Shown: piece after piece, positions 20,439-30,476 of the stretch
Layout: each line of letters starts with the position of its first letter
How positions within the stretch are numbered: position 1 is the stretch's first letter
Assembly (NCBI GenBank): GCA_051942205.1
Contig: JAVECO010000206.1
Location: 1-38,205, forward strand
Length of the DNA: 38,205 bases
Reading direction: 5' to 3'
From: Coniocarpon cinnabarinum
Lineage: Eukaryota
The notes under the pieces: generated by a model
Databases searched by the model: none
Seen by the model: only the letters and a program-made list of their open reading frames with translations
What the model was told of the DNA's origin: nothing
Made by a program: the position numbers and the translations under genes

Positions 20439-21109
20439 TTAACCATGCACATTGACTTGCCAGTTTTCCCGCTCCGAGTCCTCTACCAGCGTTTCCAGAA
20501 ATTCGAACAGCTCATCCACGTCGATGAACGCCATCGCGGGGTCAGAACAATGCTGCGCGAGGGCATCATACTCAGCGCCACTGAGCAAATTCAACACATA
20601 GCGGACCTTTGACACCTGCGAGATGTACCGGCGCTCTTCCACCTCGAATTTATTACGAATCTGACGCTGCCATGTCCGGAACGTGAGACCGTACTTGCGG
20701 CGCTCGTGGAAGCGTGGAGGATCGGGGATGGAGGGTTCTTGTAGAATAACTTGGAGATCTTCAAGCCTGTGTAGGCTTTTCAGAATGGCATCGTCGGCGG
20801 GCCTGTAGCCGGGTGCGTAAAATCGTGGCTGTCGCTGTAGCTGTAGCTGTGGCGGTGTCGGCGATGCAAACACCCGATCATTCGGTGCGAATGTATCATC
20901 GAGGTAGACTGTGTTGTTGGTAGCGTGCTCTTCATGTCGCGGTTGATTTTCGCTCCAGGTTCCGTTGGTCGATGTTGTAGGCGCATTTCGCCTCCCATTC
21001 CTACCCCTTTTGCGAGGCACGCCGTCTATTTCTTACTGTCAGAAAACCTCTACAATGCCCCTGCAAGCGAACCAATGAACATGCCTCTAGCGGATCGTGT
21101 TCGCTTCAT
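20439..21109 (-). CDS. Small protein with Ty3/gypsy Gag capsid N-lobe-like domain, paralog A (~203-207 aa)
   Basis: IPDPPRF...LTFRTWQRQIRNKF...RYISQVSKVRYVLNLLSG...FIDVDELFEFLETLVED follows the fungal gypsy Gag pattern. The ORF has no upstream ATG of its own. ATG 21109 (MKRTRSAR) joins in frame through an intron ending CTGAC...TAG at 21026, with donor GTTCGC at 21072 or GCATGT at 21084. Confidence 0.7.
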
Positions 21110-22012
21110 GAGCTAATTATCTACTCGTCCAAAGGTTTTTCGCGCTTATACTTTTTTTGGGGCCGATGTTGAATTATCACTTGATCACTGTTCTACTCTC
21201 ATCAGGGGCTGCTTGTCCTCTACAGCATTTGATCGTTCTATGATCAACGACAAAAATCAGGGGCGTATACCAACGCGTCGCTGCAGCGGGTATCCTTGTT
21301 AGCGCTTTTGGACTATTGACAAATTGGCATAGCGTGAACCATGCCGCAAGAATCACGGACCAAAGTCGTTGCCGTAGCTCAGTTTGGGCGGCGGGATCAG
21401 GCCACAAAGCTATAAGCACTACAGCGAGAGCGCTTTACAAGTCATAATATGCTGGACTGCGGTGCCCTTGCCTTGTGGATGCACTATACAGACCTTTTCG
21501 AACTGTCAACACAGCAGTCTCCCACTTTGAAAACTTCTCGTAGTGCATCATCACGAAGTATTGCAAAAATACCGTACTGGCCGAGACGTAGCAAAGCCGT
21601 CGGTTGTGGTAGGCTAAAATGAAGAGCACTGTTAGGACACAAGATTTGATGCGGCACTAGGGTCGAAGTGCTCTCTGGGGGATGCATTGACCTCAATTGA
21701 TGCATCGACCGCTCGGTAGAGACTGGACTGACACAAAAGCAAGGGAGCGTCCTTTTACATTCTCCTTGCCGGGTACAAGTCAATTAAAGTCGGAGATCAA
21801 ATTAAAAACCACTATTAAACGCATCACCGAATCGAAAAGCGCCCCCTTGCCAAATTCCTAAACTTCCTCAACTTTCTCACGTTCACTCGTCAATCCTCAC
21901 GCTACGTCTCTCCAGTCTCAGTGGTTTCTTCGCTGTGATGAATGCAACACGTCTGCCGTCTGAAGGAGTAGTTAGATACTGCGCTCAATGAACGTAAAGT
22001 GAATACACTCAC

Positions 22013-22522
22013 CTAAATAAGACCATCGTGGAACACCTTGTTAAACATATTCTCTGCGCATTGCTGCAGCCAATCAAGCATTTCTGTCACGGAACCAAGC
22101 TGATACACTCCTTGCTCATCGCGCTTGCGCTCAAGGGCCTCCAACATGTTCTCATTAAGCAGGCCGTAAACGTAGCGCATCATGTGGTTCTGATCGCGAA
22201 AGCGGGCGAAATCTGCGAGAAGCTTGTTTTCGACCAGATGCCGCCATGTGGTAAATGCGATTCTGTCTCTAGAAGTGGACCAAAGACGTGGCGGATCAGG
22301 CACGGGACATTCTGTGGCCAATGTCAAGCGATTCAGCAGCGAAGCAGTAGCATCTAGACGGTTAGATGGCCTGATTTCCATGAGGTAATTGTCGGAGAGC
22401 ATACCTCGTACGGTTTCCTCTTCGATTAGTCTCTTGTCGCGCCAGTCAGATTGCGGGAGTTCGCTGAGAGACCTTTTCACCCTGAAAACCGGGGGAGGAG
22501 GTGCTTTGAATGTCGTCTCCAT
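22013..22522 (-). CDS. Small protein with Ty3/gypsy Gag capsid N-lobe-like domain, paralog B (169 aa)
   Basis: ATG in ACAATGG context at 22522. VPDPPRL...IAFTTWRHLVENKLLADFARF..Q..MMRYVYGLL...SVTEMLDWLQQ aligns nearly ungapped with paralog A. Confidence 0.72.
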   Translation of the reverse strand: METTFKAPPPPVFRVKRSLSELPQSDWRDKRLIEEETVRGMLSDNYLMEIRPSNRLDATASLLNRLTLATECPVPDPPRLWSTSRDRIAFTTWRHLVENKLLADFARFRDQNHMMRYVYGLLNENMLEALERKRDEQGVYQLGSVTEMLDWLQQCAENMFNKVFHDGLI

Positions 22523-23911
22523 TGTTGCTAGAGGATTCTTCGAGAGAGGGTATTTCCAGAAGGCTCGTGTAGGAGAGCGCACGTGAAACCTACTGAGGCT
22601 TGATATTGAACAACCACCCAGGGCTTTGAGACCGACTATGTGTTCAGAAGATCTCTAAGTTAGTGACTGCAGAGAACTACTATATATCCTGAGTGAATTG
22701 ATTTCAGGGAAAGCAGCCAGCTGACGCAATCAGAACACCTGAAGATCAGAGAGGCTGACTGGAGCAAACCATGAAACGGCTTTGCCGACGGAAAGCACGT
22801 AGCCGTACGGCCAAAGTAAGACGGGCAGGCCCTATTTGGACGGCGAGAATGCATGACAAGGGCCCACAACCATTGAAGTTCTCCAGAGGCAAACAGTGTC
22901 AATAGATTGTTCACTTATAATTTCACTCCTACAAATGTCGACATCCGTAAAGTCCATTCACGCGGCAAACTATGTTGTTCCATGTGAAGACACACTCCCT
23001 TACCTTTCGTGCCTGCACGCAGCCGCGAGATTGTAGTCCAGATTCATGGTCATTGCGAACCACATTCGGCAGACATGCAGCTGCCCGAAGAGTTGGATCT
23101 GGAAGGCTGGTGGTCCATTGCAGCAACAGCGTTCGCCCATCTGTTTTCTTTTTTTCCTCCATTGCTCAACAACCTTGGTAGTCTCTGTATTGCCGCGTTG
23201 TCCACGCCAACAGTTGATGTTGACGCGAGTCTCATGATCCTCTGAAACATGGAAATTTGTCGTTTTGTGCAACGAGCAAGTAGTAAACCTCATGCACGTG
23301 CACGATGCCGATCGCGTCGTTTCCACATCAACACGGAAATTGCCGTCCATTGGCATTTTGCCCCCTCGCACTGCATTTCCTTCCTACTGCTGTCCGCAAC
23401 CTCTTGCAGATCGCTGTCAATGCATGTCCCAACATGATTATGTCAAAGAAGATTTGAGAAATGTGAGACTACACTATGAGGCCGATCTCGCTGCCTCGAC
23501 AGAAGATACCCGAGGCAAAACTCAAATCTCGGACTTTCCCCAGCACCGAACCCACATCTTTGCGCTGGCTCACCATGACACTATCTACGCCATCCAATCG
23601 TCGGGCAGCCGTCTGCATCTAAACCCCTCTGGGGTGTCTGCACTTGCGACTTGCACAGTAGCGAGAAGCTGAGGGGCATGTATTCCCCAACGGGTCTAGA
23701 TGCAGATGCGGATCAGACGATGGCAACCGACGGTGACGATGCGGAAACTAGACGTAAAGATGGCCACTACGTGCAACTTAGCCTACCTGGCTCACCATCT
23801 TGGCATCTGATATTCATCCAAGGCGAATTTGCACATTTTTGCGACTATAAAAAGGCTCTGTCTGTCGGGGGTCAATGCATGCAGCTTTGAAGCCAGTTTT
23901 TGAGGGATAGC

Positions 23912-26071
23912 ATGGCTGGCTATGCTCACGAAGCACAAGATGTGATAGACAAGTCCGAGCCATTGGATCCGCCTTTGCCTTCACCTTCGGCGTCATCCAG
24001 CCATGAAGAAGAGCGTGAAGAGGAGCGTGAAGAGGAGTCTGCTCAGCATGACCTCGAGAAAGGCGATGTGCCACCGGCGGATAATGCTGTCGATGGACGT
24101 CCCCAAGTCTCGAGGACAATCTCGACACAGTCTAAGCCGTTGTCTTTGAGAAAAGTCCCCGTTGCGCAGCGTAGTGGGTGGCTCGGCCGACTGTCTCTGC
24201 TGTATGAAGCTGAAGAACCCAAGAGCTACCCTCGTGGGATCAAATGGTTCATTACGTTTGAGATTGCACTGGCTGCAGTCGCTGCGCCAATGGGAAGCAG
24301 CATCATTCTTCGTATGCTAGCAGGGACATTTCGTACGTTGAGCGTGTACCACTGACTGCTGTGTTCCAAAGCCGCCTTGAACGACATTACATCGACGTTT
24401 GGCACATCTCACACTGTCGCCAATCTGTCCGTCGCGTTCTACATGCTCAGCATGTCGCTGTTCCCACTCTGGTGGTCCGCCATGAGCGAGGCGACCGGCC
24501 GTAGAGCCGTGTACATCGCCTCCTTTGCACTCTTCATCGTGTGGAACGTCCTGGCTGCTGTCTCCTCGTCCATATCCATGTTCATCGTCATGCGCATCTT
24601 GAGTGGCGGCTCATCTGCAGCCGTACAAGCGGTTGGTGCGGGCACCGTCGCTGACATCTGGGAGGTCAAGGAGCGTGGCAGGGCCATGGGGATCTTTTAC
24701 CTAGGACCGCTCTGTGGGCCGTTGCTGTCGCCCATCATCGGTGGTGAGTTGCGCCTCTCGTTTCCGATCGTTCGTTTCAAAACACTGCAGGCTGAAATAA
24801 GGACCAATCGCTGACGCGCACCACCATCCAAGGTGGACTCACCGACGGTTTCGGCTGGCGCAGCACGCAGTGGTTCCAGATGATCTACGGAGGCATGACC
24901 CTGCTGCTCATCATCCTCGGCCTCCCTGAAACGCACAAAACCTCTAACATCGTCGCTGCCGCCGAAGCGCAATCCGCCGAGAAACCTTCAAACGGCGCCA
25001 TCACTCCTCGCCGGACCGCATCTCCAGGTGCCTCGCTCTCGCGCTCCTCAACCCGCCAAAGCGTCAAGCTCAAGTCCCGCAAGTACGCCGCGCTGCTGGA
25101 TCGCATCTTTATCGAGCCTCTCAGCATCGCCAAGTATCTTCGGTTTCCCGCCGTGGCGCTCGTCGTGTACTACGCCAGCATCGCCTTCGGTTCCCTCTAC
25201 TTCCTCAACATCTCCGTTGAGAAGACATTTTCAGCACCACCGTACAACTTCAGCGTCATCATCATTGGATGTCTCTACATTTTCAATTCAGCGGGGTATA
25301 TCATTGCGTCGATATTCGGCGGACGCTGGGTCGACTACGTAATTCACCCTCCTTCACGTACTTGAATACCCATGAATCACTAACAAGATCCAGATCATGC
25401 ACCGCCGCGCATACGCTGCCGGCAGAATCAACTCCCAAACCAACAAACCCATCTTCCGCCCCGAAGACAGAATGGGCGAAAACGTCTGGGTCGCCGCCTT
25501 CCTCATGCCGGGCTGTCTCCTGTGGTACGGCTGGGCGGCGCAAGAAGGCGTCCACTGGGCGGTGCCCATGGTCGCCAATTTCTTCTTCGGCGTGGGCAGC
25601 ATGCTGCTCTTTGCGGCGGCGACCACGATGCTGACGGAGTTCATGCCGAAGAAGGCGTCGAGTGGTGTTGCTTTGAATAATTTTGTGCGGAACGTGTTTA
25701 GTTTTGCGGGGACTTTGCTGGCGGAGCCGTTGATTGATGCGATTGGGAATGGTGCTTTGTTTAGGTGAGCGTTCTTCTTCTTTGTGACAAGAGAGGTCGA
25801 TCTGGTGGGCAGGATGGACAGGGCTGCTGTTGAGCGAGAGAAAGCGAGGAGGGACTTGGGGGTTGAAAAGTGAGGAGGAAGGAGAGGGTGACGTGTGTTC
25901 TGAGTGTTGGGTTGCTTCTTCCTGCATGGAAATTGCTACTGAGAAGAGTTATGCTGACATTTGACCTCTAGTATACTAGCCGGCATCGCCATGGCAAGTT
26001 GTTTCGTCATCGTCCTCATGCGGCGCTACGGCGACAAATGGCGAGAAGACATGGACAGACGAATGGACTAG
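23912..26071 (+). CDS. MFS drug:H+ antiporter (DHA1, Dtr1/Qdr-like); exons 23912-24311, 24372-24743, 24833-25338, 25394-25764, 25972-26071
   Basis: PKSYPRGIKW, WWSAMSEATGRR, GAGTVADIWEVKERGRAMGIFYLGPLCGP, FGWRSTQWF, LPET, RPEDRM and VALNNFVRN motifs. All four introns are GT-AG and keep the frame. Confidence 0.93.
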
Positions 26072-27782
26072 ACTAGACCAATTCAAAGCAGCAGTCCGAA
26101 TCTACATCCATCCACCAATAAAGCTCTTTAAACTAGAAACCTCCAACACCTAAGTCTCAAATAATGATCTTTGGCCTTTCCTCCTATTCTCACTTTCTTG
26201 CGCTCTTCCTGTCATCTTTAATATCTTGTTCTATTCTTCTCTTCAAAAAGCTTAAGTAGTTGAGCCATGCTTCCATGTTACCCCTTGTTTCCTTACGAAA
26301 AAACCGTTGCTGTTGCGCTCATAGCTTTGTAGCCTAGATCGATCTCGTGATACGAGCTTCGTGGCTCGTCCTCCTCCACCCCCCCTCACACGCCATCCCC
26401 GTCGCTACGGGGATAAATGGCTGGAAGACATGGACACGCGAATGCACTAATTCAGACCATAGCCTTGAAGCATACTGAACATGACTCTGGGTTACATCAA
26501 ACCTAAACAACCAAGTCCCCAGCAATCATCGCTGGCATCCATGCCTCATTCCACTTTCCCCTCTTCTGCTTGCTCTGTCTGTACTGCGCCCACCACGCTG
26601 ACGTGTTGCGTTCGACGGTGCCAACCGCTTCTCCATTTTTGCGACGAATACTAGAGGAATTATAACTTCATCACGTTACAGTGACGTCAACAGAAAGGTG
26701 CAACAATACCGCAAGCGTTAGACAAGAGTCGTGACCAGTTAGTCCAGGGCACGCGTCTACGATGAATCAAACAGGTCACGAAGCTCGAAGCACAGAAGCG
26801 AATGCATGCTGCTTCTCTTCAAAAGCTGAAATGACGGACGGCAGTTTTTCTTTTTCTACTGAGCCTTGCGATCTGTAAGATCTGATGTGTCGAACAGGAT
26901 TGACGAGTATAAGCTAGCTTCATCTGAAAGACCTGACATTCAGAAGTGTAAGTGAAAATCAGGATAGAGCCTCGATTGATTCGTCAATGAATAAGACAGC
27001 AGGATGACAAGCAATCGATGCGGAAGAAACTCGTTTCCGCTGATGTTGGTACTCTACTCTACTCTATCTGGTGTGCTTTTCTTTTTTTGTCGTGGCAAGC
27101 ACACGAAGGCGAGAGTCTACAGATGAGACGAAAAGGCATGTGTACCGCAGATGTGATGCAGGTCGCGCTAGCCAAGTCATCGACTGGGATGTGCGCATCG
27201 CGGACAGTGATGCGCTGGAATACCGGAGCAGACGCCGATCTTTCCTCGATCCGCCATCCCCGCGACGTGAATTGGTCTCGTTGCGTGGGCGCGTCACCTC
27301 CTCCTCCTCTCTGTCCACCACCTCTCCTATCCACCATCACGAGTCAGTCGAGTGTTGAGTTACACAGGTATGTCGAATGTTTGGTGTATAGAGACGTGGC
27401 TGAGAGTTTGGTTAAGAAGTGCAACGCATTCACGACGAGGTATAGCTTTGCTGTGCAATACAGTTGTTCCTCCAAAACAGAATGGTTGCTGTTCTGTGTA
27501 ATGAGATGGGTTCTTTGCTGTAGGATGAGATGATGTTTTGGCCATGAGATGAGAAGGCTGCTATGCTGTGCTTTGAAAGAAGATGTCATATTGTGGAATG
27601 AAATTATGATACCATGCAATCGGATCATGCATTTCGTTTTCGTTCAACTTTTGATATTGATGAATATTGACGACTAATATTGATAAGCAAGATACACCCG
27701 TGGGGGCTTTACACAGTCTATAGTTTCCATCCAACGCCGGACTCGCATGCAATCATCTCCGAGGCAGAACAAGCCTTGGTAC

Positions 27783-29942
27783 TCAAAATCTCGAAATGTC
27801 TCGTCCAAAGATCCTGTCAAATGTTAGCCAACGTCAGAACGACTTCTTCACATCCTGCGCCATCCTGTTCTGCTCCCCTTCACAACCACCCCCAGTCTGA
27901 CTGCCTCAAAGGAAAAGCTAAGGACTCACCAATTAACGACCCAATAAACCGGAATCAACACCTTATTCCTCCAACTCACACTCCGAACCAAATACGCCGT
28001 CCGCCAGATGATCCAAGCCGCCCGCCCGCTCACATTCGCGAGTCCCGTATCTGCCAACCTGCTACCAGAAATGGCCGGTCCGCCTTGAAAAATCGCACGC
28101 CACCCACCCACATATGCCATGACGCCGAGATCCCGGAAGTGGAAGCGCGACGACGGGAGATCACCGTGGTTCAGGTGACGGGCGAGCCAGGTGGCTTTTT
28201 GATTCGCCACCTGCGCTGTGGCGGGGTAGGTCGTTCCTGTGATTTGGGCGCAGTCGCCCAATGCGTAGACGTCGGTCATGTAGGCTCTGGTTGGAGTTGG
28301 ATTTTGGCCTGGGCTGGTCGATGAGCCGCTGGTGCTTGTGGAGGAAGCGGCGTCGTTGGAGGCTTCGGGTGCTTCCTTGGCTTCGAGGATGACGCGCAGC
28401 CGATCGTTCGTCAGCACGCTACCGGTGCGAGCGTCGGTGGCGATGGACCACTGAAGGTTTCGTGCCACTTCGGGATCGCCCTTGAAGATGGTGCAGCGTT
28501 CTGGGAAGGAATGAGCGAGGCTCATGCTCTTAGCGATGAAGGGATTGGGCATGAGACCGGTACTCCACACGACCATGCCAGCGCCCTGTGGTGGTTGGCC
28601 TTTAAGTTTGAGAGTGACGCCGGGTTGATGCGGCTCGAGATGAAGTTTGCCATTGCCAGAGGTCGCTGAGTTGCTCGTGGGATCGTCGGGGAGCCCGGCT
28701 TCCAGGGCCTGAACGACAGACTCAGTCTTGACGTCAATATTTTCACGTTTGAACGTTCGAACTGCATAGTCCGAAAGCTTGCGGTCGAACATGTTGAGCA
28801 CAGTGGGAGCGACGTCATGGACCGTGATTCTCGCGAGGCCTTTGAGATGCGGATACAGCTTATTCAAGTCGTCGCGAATCAGGTCGTGGAGTTCGGCGGC
28901 GAACTCGATACCAGTAGGTCCCCCGCCCGTGATGACGAAGTTCAGTAATTGTCGGCGGACGTGCTCTGGCGTCGTCGGCAGCGCGGCGGTCTCGTAGCAA
29001 GTGAGAATGGTTCTGCGGATGCGACGTGCATCGCCCACGTCTTTGAGGAAGTGTGCGTGCTCTTTGACGCCGGGCGTGTTGAAGGTCTGACTGTATGCAC
29101 CGACTGCTATGACAAGCTTATCATACTGCAGATCGAAGACCCGCCTCTGCTCCTTGCGCGCCGCAATGTGATTGTCGACATCCTCTCTGCAGACATTGGG
29201 GTTTAGCTGCACCCAATGACACCGAGGGCCTCTGACATGGAACCTCGAGGACTTACCTGCTTTTCCAGCCAAACCTCCCTCCCACCGGCGCAAGCCCTTG
29301 CCGCGGGTCCGTCACCGCTTCATCCAATGTCACATTCTTGTCCACAAACGAGACGTCCACCGCTCGCGCTTGGAAGAACTCAGGCGAATTGCCACGACTT
29401 CTGCGCACAGGCTCAATTGCGGTGCGAAACTCAAGCGTGCCGGTGGCGGTGGAAGCAAGGAGTGGCGTGAAGACAAAGTGCGATCGCGGCGAGACGATGA
29501 CGGTCTGGAATTTGCGCGGGTTCAATGTATGGCCGAGGTTGTAGCCGGCCCAGCCCTGGTTACTAAGTTGAGAGGTGTGGTGAACGAAGGCGTGCTCGGA
29601 CGACACTTACGCTGCCCAGTACTACGATGCGTTCTCGTCCTATGTATTCGCTCAACGCTGGCGTCACACATTGAATGATGGGAGTGCATTACCATTTCGT
29701 TCTCTGTCGAGTTGTTCCAAATTCGCACTGGTTTGAGTGGCCCCAAATGGTTGATCATGACCACGTCTTGCGTCCGGGAGCAACCGCAAAGCGCGGGATT
29801 GCTGTAGACTTACCCGGTGAGGTGACCTTGATTGCCACGTTGCGGGTTGTGATGTTCTTGCAACAGGGAATGAATGAATGAAAGCAAACTGAGTAGCGAC
29901 AAAGGATCGAGCCAATCTAGAGCTACGGAGGGTTGCGGACAT
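27783..29942 (-). CDS. Mitochondrial type II (alternative) NADH dehydrogenase, multi-exon
   Basis: Arg/Ser-rich presequence, RERIVVLGS|GWAG, VSPRSHFVFTPLLASTATGTLEFR, YDKLVIAVGA, VITGGGPTGIEFAAEL, VYALGDCA, PATAQVANQ, and terminal exon 27813-27783 (W)IFGRDISRF*. Confidence 0.92.
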
Positions 29943-30476
29943 GGATTCTTACAAGGAGGTCTACAGGAAGGACAGCTAGGGATGGTGAGAGGAGAGGCGA
30001 AGGGTAATAGGCATTGAGGCGGTCTGAGATGATGATGCGGATCCATTTGGGCCAGCTAACCAGACTGCGACTTCCTCAACAAAGCTGAAAGCGGACTGCG
30101 AGGCGTTTCTCATCTTGACACACGGTACACAGCAATAGCCGGGACGTATCGGAGGCGTACGAGAATGGGGGCCGGCGGGAAACGGAAGAAGGACGAGGAG
30201 GAAGACTGATCATGAGACGCAAAGTCCAGCCATACCTTCCTCCGTTCCTGGGGGTATCTAGTTCGTGACAGGTCGTTGCTGAGAGCTCGCTGGAGCAAAC
30301 ACAAAGGTTGAATGGAAAAAGCCACCGCTGGGCTCAAAAAGGGTGCAGACAAACCTCACCTGATGCCAAGCCCCGACGCTATGCCCGACTGAGCGAACTC
30401 AGAAAAAAGCAAATGGCCAGAAAACCACCAGCTCCCTTTGCCTCCTCGGCCTCACCCTTCCTCACCTCACATGCAT

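Noticed and set aside
21110..21959. A third gag-like copy or LTR/pol remnants between the two gag-like genes
   Set aside because: No ORF there shows the PDPP/FxxW/RYV pattern, and no direct repeats or pol motifs were seen.
26830..27540. Overlapping 85-171 aa ORFs between the MFS gene and the NADH dehydrogenase
   Set aside because: No recognisable domain, and I could not build a consistent spliced model.
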